From an uncultured virus (IMG/VR IMGVR_UViG_3300031413_000586) (Duplodnaviria; Heunggongvirae; Uroviricota; Caudoviricetes): DNA of 64,000 bases. Both the position numbers and the translations under genes were made by a program. Shown here piece after piece: positions 41,034 to 51,306 of this stretch. Position 1 is the stretch's first letter. The number at the start of each line of letters is the position of its first letter. The stretch lies in the IMG/VR virus record IMGVR_UViG_3300031413_000586, one strand, 5' to 3'. The notes under the pieces were generated by a model. That model was not told the origin of the DNA, ran no database searches, and worked only from the letters and a program-made list of their open reading frames with translations.

Positions 41034-41390
41034 TTAATCCATCAGTCTTGCTAATAATCCTTTCTCGTTTTGATAAAAAGTTTTATAAGGATAGTCATCT
41101 AGCATATAAACACCTTCTTTAGCTGTCTTATTAGGATTGACATTTTTGTAAATTTCTATGAATTCGATTGTTTTAGGATTTAGAAATATTTCTTTTCCAT
41201 TAATTGATATTAAAAACTCTTCTGTCAACGTGCTTATTCGAAGTGATTTATCATAGATATGCCAAAACGATTTTTCAAAATCCAAATCTCTGTATTTTAT
41301 AAAATTAGTTTTTGAAATAATTCTTGATACATAGACACGATTAACAGTATGTACTTCTACTTGATAATTTAATATCCTCTTATCTTCCAT
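41034..41390 (-). CDS. hypothetical protein
   Basis: AAGGA RBS, 118 aa. Confidence 0.65.
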   Translation of the reverse strand: MEDKRILNYQVEVHTVNRVYVSRIISKTNFIKYRDLDFEKSFWHIYDKSLRISTLTEEFLISINGKEIFLNPKTIEFIEIYKNVNPNKTAKEGVYMLDDYPYKTFYQNEKGLLARLMD

Positions 41391-41516
41391 TTCTTTTCCT
41401 TGTGGATTATAATATTATTATAATTCCATCACTTTATAAGTCAATATTTTTATATTATTTATTGATTAAAATATAAAAAGAATTATACTATTTATTAATA
41501 TTTAAGGAGTTTTACA

Positions 41517-42518
41517 GTGAATGCTAGACAAAAAATAGATGTAGGTGTTATTGCAACAATTGTCATTGGATTTATAGCTATTATGAAATTGGGATTACTT
41601 CCAGCATTAATTGCCGGTATGATAACCTTTATGATGATGAGGTTTTCAGAAAATTTTATTTCAAATTATATGCGGTTGGGAAATAAGTCAAGATTTGTGG
41701 CTACTCTATTTATTTCATTGCTGATTATAGCTCTTTTAACATTGATTTCTATGTATTCTTTTTCTTGGCTATACAAGACACTAAGTCATCCTCACTTGCT
41801 GGTCAATCAAACGGCTATGGTACTTGATAATACCTTGAAAGACTTACCGCCTAACATTTCAGGTATGTTTCCACAGGACATTGATAAGTTAAAGATAAGT
41901 GTTGTTGATTTCATACAGGAAAATTTAACAGTATTAAGAGATTTTAGTCGTGGTGCTACTCATACATTGGTGGCTATGATCTTGGGAATGATTATAGGTA
42001 TCATGATTGCTGCCAATGATTTCAAAGAGACTGACAAGATGCTTATTCTTTCATTGAGAGAAAAATTTACAAATCTTGTAGAAGCTTTTAAACATGTTAT
42101 GGTAGCTCAAGCAGGAATTGCAGCTTTTAATGCAATAATGACATCTATTTTCTTATTGGTAGCTATGCCTATTTTTGGTATTGATTTTCCATTTTCTAAA
42201 ACCATTATTACGTTAACCTTTGTTATTGGTCTTATTCCTATTATTGGTAATCTTATTGTTAATGTAATTGTACTATTGGTTGGACTTTCAGTGTCTCCTT
42301 ATGTAGGTATAAGTTCATTACTTTATCTCATTTTTATACATAAATTTGAGTATTTCTTGAATGCTAAAATAATAGGCAGCAGAATAGAAGCTAAAGCCTT
42401 TGAGCTTCTAATCGCTATGTTGTTAATGGAATCTATATTTGGTGTTATAGGATTGATTGCGGCTCCTATACTCTATTGTTACTTAAAGAAAGAACTCAAA
42501 TATAACAATGTTATTTAA
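41517..42518 (+). CDS. AI-2E (PerM) family transporter
   Basis: Multi-TM protein with GLIPIIGN, IHKFEYFLNAKIIGSRI, FGVIGLIAAP. Confidence 0.88.
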   Translation: MNARQKIDVGVIATIVIGFIAIMKLGLLPALIAGMITFMMMRFSENFISNYMRLGNKSRFVATLFISLLIIALLTLISMYSFSWLYKTLSHPHLLVNQTAMVLDNTLKDLPPNISGMFPQDIDKLKISVVDFIQENLTVLRDFSRGATHTLVAMILGMIIGIMIAANDFKETDKMLILSLREKFTNLVEAFKHVMVAQAGIAAFNAIMTSIFLLVAMPIFGIDFPFSKTIITLTFVIGLIPIIGNLIVNVIVLLVGLSVSPYVGISSLLYLIFIHKFEYFLNAKIIGSRIEAKAFELLIAMLLMESIFGVIGLIAAPILYCYLKKELKYNNVI

Positions 42519-42612
42519 AATTGTGGATATCTTTAAACTGACATTAGATGATTGAAAGTTTTTGATATAGATGATATTAATTTGAGAAAAAAGGAGATAA
42601 ATCTCCTTTTTT

Positions 42613-43092
42613 TTACTTGAATAATGCAGTTAAACTTTCTTTTTCAACAAAAAGCCTTATTAAGTCCATTCTAGTTACTGTGTATTTTGATTGCTTGAAT
42701 TTATCGCCAAGAATAAACAATGCAGTGATAACATTGTTATTATTCTGAGTTAAATCAAGTTCGATTAAATGAACGTTTCCTCTTTCTTTGTAATCAACCA
42801 AGTTAAATTGGCATTTACCTTCGTGAAAAGATTCTCTGAATAGCGTTAGAATCGTTTCTTTGCTGCAGTCTACTTCTGTTTCAATAAGATAACTTTTCTT
42901 GGTTACGATATTTTTTGCTATTTCTGGATTGGTAATGGAACCTTCCAGTGTATTCCAATTTTTCATAAAGAATACTTTTGCAATTGCTTCTAGTATTTTG
43001 TTATTAGGCAAAGTTATACCTTGTTCAATAAGATATTTTGAAAGGTTTTTGGCCGAGGCTTTAATATTTTGTTTGGTTGTTTCATATTTCAT
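42613..43092 (-). CDS. protein with N-terminal 'K..AK.L...L...LE.+AK...NW' domain (Glyoxalase_8-like)
   Basis: IKASAKNLSKYL...LEAIAKVFFMKNWN; AGGAG RBS; long 5' leader. Confidence 0.65.
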   Translation of the reverse strand: MKYETTKQNIKASAKNLSKYLIEQGITLPNNKILEAIAKVFFMKNWNTLEGSITNPEIAKNIVTKKSYLIETEVDCSKETILTLFRESFHEGKCQFNLVDYKERGNVHLIELDLTQNNNNVITALFILGDKFKQSKYTVTRMDLIRLFVEKESLTALFK

Positions 43093-43264
43093 TTTAATAC
43101 TCCTAATTGATGTCCAAAAAGTGCTTCCATTGCTTATAGGCAATTAGTTGTGATTGAGTTTAAAAGATCCTTAGTTCGCCAGTTTGGAAGCGGCTAGCCA
43201 TAGACACAATATGTGTTAAAGGAGGCTGTGTAGATTTTATTATGCTTTATCTTGAAAGTCAATC

Positions 43265-43714
43265 TTATAAAGTGATATTTTGTTTTTTTAAATAAATTTG
43301 GACTTCATTTATTACATGTTTTTTAAAATCATCCAAGTAATAATTAGAATAGTTATTGTTATCATGTTGACTGTTGAGTAAAACTGACATTTTTTCATTA
43401 TGCAGTTTGTTTTCAGGCGAAAAAAGTAATCTGGAATAACATTGATCGTAAAGTTTATTGGTTAAACCTTTTAGGTTATCATTATGGTTATTTTTTCGGT
43501 ATTGAAGAATATTTATAAATTTTTTTAATTCTTTTATATGTTTTTTTGTTTTAAGCTTCATGTGTATATTCATGAGACTTATTTTTTTATTTTTTTCATC
43601 TTGTATTAATTTTTTATATTCATTAATAGTATGGTCTATTTTTATTTTTTTATCAATAATTATCTTGGTTTCTATATTATATATATCAACTAATTCTTTT
43701 AAAATTTCGCTCAT
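43265..43714 (-). CDS. hypothetical protein
   Basis: 149-aa ORF, AAGG RBS. Confidence 0.6.
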   Translation of the reverse strand: MSEILKELVDIYNIETKIIIDKKIKIDHTINEYKKLIQDEKNKKISLMNIHMKLKTKKHIKELKKFINILQYRKNNHNDNLKGLTNKLYDQCYSRLLFSPENKLHNEKMSVLLNSQHDNNNYSNYYLDDFKKHVINEVQIYLKKQNITL

Positions 43715-43821
43715 AATTGGACACCTTTATGTTTTATTCAATTTTAACTGTCTTGCATTTTATAAGAATTTATCAAAAAAGTCCACTCAAGAACTTTTTT
43801 ATATAAGCTAACATTAATCAA

Positions 43822-44274
43822 TTATTTTATATAGGCTTGTAAACTGATTTCTATTATTTTGTCTACATTAACAGATTTTATCATGCCTTGATTACTAAAA
43901 TGCTTGTTGGCTTCTGCCAGTTCTTCATTTACGATATGTTTGGCAACTGTTTTCTTTTGGATAGCTCTAGCAAGTCTTTTTCTTGTCAGGCTAATTTGGA
44001 CAATCCAATCAATCAACTTAAAGTAGCACTTTCGGTCATCTATTTCACATTTAAAATCATTTTTAAAATTTTTAATACAGTGGGCATCTACTTCTGCGAT
44101 TTGTGTACTGATTAATTTATAAGCGTAGGCTTCATTTTTAACATTAGATTTGACATGTTGCTTTACAAAGACTATGACAGCAGGCCAATCTGACTCCTTG
44201 ATTTTATAATCATAGATTATTTTGGCACTTAATGCTATTAGTAAGCTATATGGATTTTCGATAAGTGTAGTCAT
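43822..44274 (-). CDS. hypothetical protein
   Basis: 150-aa ORF. Confidence 0.65.
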   Translation of the reverse strand: MTTLIENPYSLLIALSAKIIYDYKIKESDWPAVIVFVKQHVKSNVKNEAYAYKLISTQIAEVDAHCIKNFKNDFKCEIDDRKCYFKLIDWIVQISLTRKRLARAIQKKTVAKHIVNEELAEANKHFSNQGMIKSVNVDKIIEISLQAYIK

Positions 44275-44342
44275 TGTTTACTCTTGTGTTTATATAAATT
44301 ATACAATATTTTTTTCATAAATAAAGCATTAGCTAAAAATAA

Positions 44343-44627
44343 TTATTGAAAAAATTCTTGATTTATATTTTCATTTACTTGATTGATAAATTGTTCTATA
44401 TTATTCACTATCTTTTTTACCATTTCTTTATTCGATTTTACAAATTCGATATTTTCATCCATGACCAATTCAACAATAGTAGAGATGTAGAAGTTTAACA
44501 AGTTTTCAAGTTTTATTAATTCTTCCAAGTCATCTTTTAAAAGAGTTGTTTTATCAATCGAATCAAATTTTTCTTTAATTTCAATAAGTTTGATTGAAAG
44601 ATCATTTATTTTTTCTAAAAAAGTCAT
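44343..44627 (-). CDS. hypothetical helical protein
   Basis: AAGGA RBS, 94 aa. Confidence 0.65.
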   Translation of the reverse strand: MTFLEKINDLSIKLIEIKEKFDSIDKTTLLKDDLEELIKLENLLNFYISTIVELVMDENIEFVKSNKEMVKKIVNNIEQFINQVNENINQEFFQ

Positions 44628-44798
44628 CTATATTCCTTAGTTTTATTGTATAATAGATAGATACCATATATTATGAATATGTAAAGAAAACGAGAATGAT
44701 ATCATGCAAAATGCAAAAAAAAGCTCAGTGACAAAAAAAAGTTGTAAAAATATGTCAAAAGCTTGTTGACATCTTTATTTTTACTGCTAATATGTAGT

Positions 44799-45097
44799 TA
44801 TCGGGAACGAACAACAATAACACTGTACTGCTAAATGACTTAGATGTATGGACCGATAATGTAATGGAAGACAATAATAAAAAAGGAAGTAGTGTATTCA
44901 AGGATGGTATTTGTCAGGATGATAAAGTAAACGGAATTCACGAAAATAAAAAAGGACTGTTACAACGTTAAATGGAAGCCAAATTAGAATGTCGATGGAT
45001 GAAAATGTTCTAGTTTATGTACATAAGGATATGTTACAATATAATGGATATATGCAACAAAGGAATGGAAAAAAGAGTCTTCGGACTCTTTTTTTTT
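44799..45097 (+). ncRNA. CsrB/RsmZ-like multi-GGA sponge sRNA (about 300 nt)
   Basis: Promoter TTGACA..TGcTAATAT (44766-44793); 12 ANGGA plus CAGGA and GGGA, several in hairpin loops (ACATA-AGGA-TATGT, ATATA-ATGGA-TATAT); terminator GAGTC-TTCG-GACTC-T9; no ORF in the track. Confidence 0.8.
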
Positions 45098-45140
45098 ATC
45101 TTTTTTTTTATTGTGGTATAATAATAAAAAAGGATAAATT

Positions 45141-45782
45141 ATGATAAATGAAATTAAAGAAAAATATAATGCACTTGGCGTATTTCCTTACGGTTCAACT
45201 GTTTATGGCAACAAGAAACCAGAAGATTTTGATTTTATTGTTGTATCAGATAACCCCTATTTTCAAGAGCAGTTCAAAAAAAATGGGCAGGATTTTGAAA
45301 TCAGTAATTACAGTAAAGAAGAGTTTATTAAACGTTTGAATGAACACGAAATTTCTGTTTTGGAATGTTTATATATCGATCATAAAGATAAATATATTGA
45401 TACATTATTAAAACAAGAAATAGATTTATTTATGCTGAATAAAGAAAAGCTAAGAGAAGCCTGTTCTCAGAAAAGTTCCAATAGTTACGTAAAAGCGAAA
45501 AAGAAATTGATAGTACCAGAAGATTTTAATTTATCGGTTTCATTGAAATCGTTATGGCATTCTATTCGAATATTGGATTTTGGATTACAGATTGCAACAT
45601 CGGGCAAGATAGATCCAACTACATGTAATGATCGTTATGATGAAATAGTAAAAGATTATTTAGTTTTCAATAACGACTGGACAAAACTTCATACAAAGTA
45701 TCGCCCTGTCTATAATGAAATTGCATCAAATTTTAAGTTGGCTTGTCCAAAGAAAATTAATATGACTCAAAAATATAACTGA
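45141..45782 (+). CDS. Pol-beta-superfamily nucleotidyltransferase
   Basis: YGSTVYG.....DFDF motif plus helical C-domain KSLWHSIRIL. Confidence 0.8.
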   Translation: MINEIKEKYNALGVFPYGSTVYGNKKPEDFDFIVVSDNPYFQEQFKKNGQDFEISNYSKEEFIKRLNEHEISVLECLYIDHKDKYIDTLLKQEIDLFMLNKEKLREACSQKSSNSYVKAKKKLIVPEDFNLSVSLKSLWHSIRILDFGLQIATSGKIDPTTCNDRYDEIVKDYLVFNNDWTKLHTKYRPVYNEIASNFKLACPKKINMTQKYN

Positions 45783-46443
45783 ATGCAGCCAAGAATACAA
45801 TAATCATAAAACTTTCATTATCATAATGGCTATATTGACCAATAACAGTGTCATAGAATTCATAAAACTTTTTTGTTCTTTCTCCGATTAATGAATGAAT
45901 TTTTTCTTCATTACCACGTTCGAAACAGGCACATAAAGCGGCAATACAGTATTTCAATGAGGTTTTTCTATCAACTCTCATATGTATCAATAGATTTTCA
46001 ATTTTACGAACATCAATGTCTTTGATATTTACATTAAGATTGGTTTCTTTTTTAAATAAACCCAAAAATATACTTGTGTTCATTGTAGCATGTTCCATAA
46101 CAAAACAACTTTCAACCTGATCCACATTTAAAGCTGTTCCCTCAATCAATTGTTCAATTTCGTATCTAATGAGGTTTCTGTAAGCTGAATTTTTATCATC
46201 AAGAAAATCATTGAAATATTCATACAAAGTTGCCATATTACTATTGTTTTGGCTAAGCCTTATGCTATCTCTCTGATTTTTTTCAATTCCGTAAATAAAC
46301 ATTCTTTGATTAATAATATTAGAAGCGAAATAGGCTAGTGATTCATCAAATCCCAAATCTAAACTTTTTGATAAAATAAAAGATGATTCAGCTTCATGCA
46401 ACTGGTTAACAAACTCGTTCAGCGGTGCTTTATTCATAAACAC
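45757..46443 (-). CDS. hypothetical protein
   Basis: AGGAG RBS, 228 aa. Confidence 0.7.
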   Translation of the reverse strand: MFMNKAPLNEFVNQLHEAESSFILSKSLDLGFDESLAYFASNIINQRMFIYGIEKNQRDSIRLSQNNSNMATLYEYFNDFLDDKNSAYRNLIRYEIEQLIEGTALNVDQVESCFVMEHATMNTSIFLGLFKKETNLNVNIKDIDVRKIENLLIHMRVDRKTSLKYCIAALCACFERGNEEKIHSLIGERTKKFYEFYDTVIGQYSHYDNESFMIIVFLAAFSYIFESY

Positions 46444-46559
46444 TCCTTTTTTGTAATTATAGGTATAAAAACAAATAAAGTCAACGGAAAAACTTTTTAA
46501 AGACCTAATTGTATGCTATAATATAAATAATAATACATATATTTTATAGAGGAATTAGC

Positions 46560-48929
46560 ATGAAGGTTGTATATTTTTTATCCGCTATGCCGGGAACAGG
46601 TAAATCTACATTTATTAGAGATAATGGTTTAGAGGCTCATACACTTTCTTTAGATACAATGAGACACGTATATGCAGGAGCGATTACTGATTATGATGGT
46701 AATCTTGTACTTTCTAATTCAAGAGAAGATTTCGTCTTTGGTAAATTCATGGAGGCACTTGATTCACGTTTACAGCTAGGTGGTACTTTATTCATTGATA
46801 ATTTAAATCCAGATCAAAAATCGATTGATAGCTATTTGGATATCATAAAAAAGTATGATTACGATTATAAGGTTATCAAGTTTCCACTACAGCATATTGA
46901 TTTTTATTACATGCGAAATCAACAAAGAGAACAATATAAACAGCTTCCTAAAGAAGCTATAGATAGAAATTACGTTACATTTACTGCTGCTAATTTTAAT
47001 AGCACAACAAAAATTGTAACTCCTGAGCAAGCCGTAAAGGAAATTTTTGCAAAAGCTGATGATTTATTGATTGATTTGAATCAATACAATAAGATTCATT
47101 TTATAGGAGATCTTCAAGGTTCTTTTTATCCTATTAAAAAATATTTTGAACAAGAAGGTGGTTTAAAGAAAAACGAATTTTATCTCTTTGTAGGTGATTA
47201 TATTGATCGTGGCATTGAAAATGATAAATGTTTTCATTTCATAAAAAAATATATGGAGTATGAAAACGTTCTATTATTGGCAGGTAATCATGAAAAGCAT
47301 TTATACAATTATAGCCATGAGTTGTACACCCCACCTGATGAGTTTATGCATAATACTCTACCTCAACTTATTAAGGCTGGTATAACCAGTGAGGATATGA
47401 AAAATGTCTATCGTCATTTAGAGCTATATAGTTTTATGCAATATGATGATAAGAAAATAATGGCAACTCATGCTGGGTTAACCGCTGTACCTGTATACCC
47501 TCGCCTATTGACTGCCGATGAATATATGAGAGGTTTTGGTCCTTACAGTTATGATGTTGATGGTAAATTTGAAGAAATGAATACAGATAACGAATGGTTT
47601 CAAGTTCATGGACATAGAAATCAGCATAAATTAGGATTTGAAAGTTATAAAAAAAGTTTTGCTCTAGAAGCCGATGTGGAATATGGTGGAAGTTTACCAG
47701 TGCTTAGATTGAACCGTGAAGGATTTAATGGTGTTTATATTACCAATAGTGTCTTTAACAAGGCGAAAGTGTTAAGTGACGAAAAAGAAAAAGATATGTT
47801 TGCTGTTAAAACAACTGAACATGGACTTTCAGAATTTTTATCCACAAAAATAAACCACATCAAGTCGGGTTTGGAAATTATTAAAGAATTGAGAGGCAAT
47901 CCTTCCATAAAAGAACAAGTGTCTGCTAATCTACCATATTTGTCAGCTTTTAATTTTACCGAAAATGTGGTTTCTGATACGAGATCGGATAAAGATCTAG
48001 TGGTACAAGCTCCGGGCTTGTTTATCAACAATCAGACAGGAGAAATTGTTGCTCGTGGTTTTGATAAATTGTTTAATATCAACGAAGCAGGCATTCAATC
48101 TGCAGCAATGGAAAATGTGAAATTAAATTTGAAAGGCAAGATAAGTTTATATGAAAAAGAAAATGGAACTCTTGGTATTATAGGCTATGATTCACAGTCC
48201 AATAATCTTGTTTACGCTTCCAAAGATTCTATTGATGGAGCATTCTCTGGTTATTTGAAAGAACTTGCATCAAAGCAATTTTCTTCAAGCGAATTACAAT
48301 TTATGCAAATATATGCAAATAAACATAATGTAAACTATTTATTTGAAGTTAATGATACTGCAAATGATCCTCATATTATTAAATATGATCAACCACATCT
48401 TGTGTTAATAGGTATTGTTAAACGCGATTTTAAATTTTCTCAATTAAAGATAGAACATTTAGAAAGTTTTGCGGCTAATTTTGAAAATTTAACAACGAAG
48501 AAAAGATTTGCTAATTTCACTACATCAGATAATTTTGAAAAATTTTATATGGCTGTTATGAAAGAAAGTGCTTTAACTACCAAGCGTCAATTAGAAGGAT
48601 ATATTTGCGAAGATGAGTCGTTGAATATGATTAAGATAACACTTCCTTATTACAACTTTTGGAAATGCATGGATGACTTTGCACAGGATATTAACAAAGG
48701 CATTGAAAAAGATAGTGCATTCAATATAGCTAAAAAAGTCAATACTACTTCTTTGATACAGGACTCTGATAAAGCTATTGCCATCAAATTCTTAGAATAT
48801 GTTAAAGAATTACCTACAAATAAAAAAGAGTATAGTATTATTGCATTAAGAGATGATTTTCTGGCTAATAATGAGGGTCTTATCAATTCAATTAATACTT
48901 TACCCAAGAAACCAAAAATGAAACCATAA
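46560..48929 (+). CDS. trifunctional RNA repair enzyme: polynucleotide kinase + metallophosphoesterase + Rnl1-like ligase
   Basis: P-loop AMPGTGKST; GDLQG, GDYIDRG, GNHE, THAG, VHGH; ligase RGFDKLFN, EKENG, FE, EGY. Confidence 0.88.
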   Translation: MKVVYFLSAMPGTGKSTFIRDNGLEAHTLSLDTMRHVYAGAITDYDGNLVLSNSREDFVFGKFMEALDSRLQLGGTLFIDNLNPDQKSIDSYLDIIKKYDYDYKVIKFPLQHIDFYYMRNQQREQYKQLPKEAIDRNYVTFTAANFNSTTKIVTPEQAVKEIFAKADDLLIDLNQYNKIHFIGDLQGSFYPIKKYFEQEGGLKKNEFYLFVGDYIDRGIENDKCFHFIKKYMEYENVLLLAGNHEKHLYNYSHELYTPPDEFMHNTLPQLIKAGITSEDMKNVYRHLELYSFMQYDDKKIMATHAGLTAVPVYPRLLTADEYMRGFGPYSYDVDGKFEEMNTDNEWFQVHGHRNQHKLGFESYKKSFALEADVEYGGSLPVLRLNREGFNGVYITNSVFNKAKVLSDEKEKDMFAVKTTEHGLSEFLSTKINHIKSGLEIIKELRGNPSIKEQVSANLPYLSAFNFTENVVSDTRSDKDLVVQAPGLFINNQTGEIVARGFDKLFNINEAGIQSAAMENVKLNLKGKISLYEKENGTLGIIGYDSQSNNLVYASKDSIDGAFSGYLKELASKQFSSSELQFMQIYANKHNVNYLFEVNDTANDPHIIKYDQPHLVLIGIVKRDFKFSQLKIEHLESFAANFENLTTKKRFANFTTSDNFEKFYMAVMKESALTTKRQLEGYICEDESLNMIKITLPYYNFWKCMDDFAQDINKGIEKDSAFNIAKKVNTTSLIQDSDKAIAIKFLEYVKELPTNKKEYSIIALRDDFLANNEGLINSINTLPKKPKMKP

Positions 48930-48960
48930 AAATTGAGCATTCGTGCTCTTTTTTTTGGGC

Positions 48961-49043
48961 AAAAAAAAACTCATAAGTCGATTTGGGGGGTAACTTATGA
49001 GTCAGTACAGTGGGTATTTCTTTATTATTGTTATTTGGGGGAT
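48961..49043 (-). ncRNA. putative ~80-nt small RNA
   Basis: Promoter TTGTGT-17-TATAAT (49076-49048); terminator CTCATAAGT..ACTTATGAG-T9; two CCCCCAAAT motifs. Confidence 0.5.
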
Positions 49044-49269
49044 GTACATTATATCCAAATAGAAATATAAACACAAGCATATTTTAATCTTTTTTAAGGA
49101 ATAATTTTCACTGTATTGTTAGCCACTATGAGGTATTCATACAGTGTAGATATATAATATAAGTTCATGATTTATAAAATAAATTTAAAACAATTTGACG
49201 CTGTATTATTGACATATATTCCTTAGAAATATATAATAACAATTATTATTAGATAAGGAGTGGTTAAAG

Positions 49270-49842
49270 ATGAAACAAGAAGTTGTCATTTGTAATGGTG
49301 CTGTAGATTTAGGAGAGATTAAAATAAAGCTTTCAAAAACTATTGCCAAACTTATTACACATAAAAAACTTAAACAACGAGAAGTTGAAGATCTTTTAGA
49401 GATCAAGCAGCCACGAGTCAGTGACTTGGTGAATGGGAAGGTTGAGAAATTTTCAATTGATTCACTATTAGAATATCTGAATAAAATTGGTTATGTGATT
49501 GAGGGCTATAATGTTCATCAAAAAGAATATATAAATGCCATCAAATCAAAATTGATTACATCAATCGTTAATATTGTTGATAATAATAAATTTAAACAAC
49601 GTCAAGTTCAAGAAATATTGAATATAAAGCAACCAAGAGTAAGTGATCTTGTGAATAAAAAAATTGATAAATTTTCTGTAGATGCGTTGATTGAATATTT
49701 AACAAAAATAGGATATGTATTTGAAGTTCGTATTATGGATTCTGCAAAAACACCTATATCTTTACAGTTTAAGTCAATCAACAAAGATATAAAGAAACCA
49801 AAAATGGCTAAAAAATTAATTAAGGAATACAAGACTGCTTAA
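49270..49842 (+). CDS. tandem XRE-family HTH regulator
   Basis: Two repeats of KQR+V.++L.IKQPRVSDLVN.K++KFS+D.L+EYL. Confidence 0.9.
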   Translation: MKQEVVICNGAVDLGEIKIKLSKTIAKLITHKKLKQREVEDLLEIKQPRVSDLVNGKVEKFSIDSLLEYLNKIGYVIEGYNVHQKEYINAIKSKLITSIVNIVDNNKFKQRQVQEILNIKQPRVSDLVNKKIDKFSVDALIEYLTKIGYVFEVRIMDSAKTPISLQFKSINKDIKKPKMAKKLIKEYKTA

Positions 49843-49966
49843 TAAAAATAAAAGACCATATTCAAATGGTCTTTTTTTTATCTTGCGAAATTTATTTGTA
49901 CATATAGAATATATGTAAAACAAAAAACCGGTACGAAGCCGGTTTTTATTTGTCAACAATCAGTGG

Positions 49967-51274
49967 TTAATGATCAGTTCCTTCTTCAATTTCTTTCTGA
50001 TATTCAGCATCAAATGTTTCTTTGTATATTTTTAAAACCAACATAATAATTACAGGGTAGACAAAAGTAGTTAGAATAACATTGCCCACAACTATTGCCT
50101 CAAAAAGCTCTTTATGTTCAAAGTCGCGTGGCAACATATGCAGCATCAAGACTGAAATCGCCCCTTTTACACCAGCAGCAGATAAGATCATCCACCAGTG
50201 GAAGGAAATATTATGCATCTGCTTTACGTTATTGCTGATGAAGGAAAATTTTGCCAACATTAACATTCGTATTACAGTTGTAGCTACGAATACAGCAATA
50301 ATTTCACGCCAATGTTTAACCAATAAATCAATATTAACAATGTCAGCCATAGATACAAACAATATTGTTGTACCAATAAGTGCAATATATTGAACATTGG
50401 CAATTACAGTCTCATGACCTGCTTTATCTTTGACTGCTTCTTGTAGCTTTCTAAACATGAGACGAGTGAACGGCATATTGATAATTTCTTCATCTTTTTC
50501 AATACGAGCAGTCAATACATAATTAGACGTTAAAATTGATACAATAACTGCCAAAATACCTGAAAAATGAAAATGTTCAGCAATCATGTAAGATGCAAAA
50601 GCAATCGCCAGAATAATAGCAGTCTCAGCTTTAGGATTTTTGGTAATATTTAATGCGAGTACACCTGCAAAACCTATAATAATACCAGTTATGATAGCAC
50701 CAACAATCACCTTGAATGATACTATAGTCATATCTGTAAAACTGAAAGGCTCTGTGCTATTCAGGTAATAGATGCCAATGGAAAACATAATCAAGGCTGT
50801 TGCATCATTGAAAAGAGATTCGCCCTCAGCAATTATTTTCAAATGATGTGGTACATTATTTTTACCAAATGATGCCGATACAGAGATAGGATCTGTAGGC
50901 AAAATCATACAAAAAAGAACAACCAATGCAGCAATTGATAAATTGTATTCAGGTAGAATAAAGCGGTCAAGAGATACAGCAGCTACTGTAGACAAAAGAA
51001 CCATCAATACTGCTACATAAAACAGGCTCATGGCATGACGTTGAATATCTCTAATTTTCAGGGATAGAGCATCCACCGACAGTAAGATAGGCAACATTAA
51101 AATCAAAATTTGGTCAAATATATGATTATTAACTTCAATAAAACTAAAGTTAAACAGTTTTAGTGCCATAACCGTCGAAATCAGTGTAATGGGGGTTGGA
51201 ATATTAAATTTATCCTGAATCAGCAGTGAGAGAGCAGTCATCAAGAGAATAAACAAAGTAGCTTCTAAAAACAT
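49967..51274 (-). CDS. CPA1/NhaP-type cation:proton antiporter
   Basis: PTDPISV, EGESLFNDA, SGILAV; many TM helices. Confidence 0.92.
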   Translation of the reverse strand: MFLEATLFILLMTALSLLIQDKFNIPTPITLISTVMALKLFNFSFIEVNNHIFDQILILMLPILLSVDALSLKIRDIQRHAMSLFYVAVLMVLLSTVAAVSLDRFILPEYNLSIAALVVLFCMILPTDPISVSASFGKNNVPHHLKIIAEGESLFNDATALIMFSIGIYYLNSTEPFSFTDMTIVSFKVIVGAIITGIIIGFAGVLALNITKNPKAETAIILAIAFASYMIAEHFHFSGILAVIVSILTSNYVLTARIEKDEEIINMPFTRLMFRKLQEAVKDKAGHETVIANVQYIALIGTTILFVSMADIVNIDLLVKHWREIIAVFVATTVIRMLMLAKFSFISNNVKQMHNISFHWWMILSAAGVKGAISVLMLHMLPRDFEHKELFEAIVVGNVILTTFVYPVIIMLVLKIYKETFDAEYQKEIEEGTDH

Positions 51275-51306
51275 TATATCTCCTTATAATTAATGAGAGG
51301 GAGTAT

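Noticed and set aside
44799..45097. CRISPR array or tandem repeat
   Set aside because: Only a 3-5 nt GGA core recurs; no repeat-spacer structure and no cas genes
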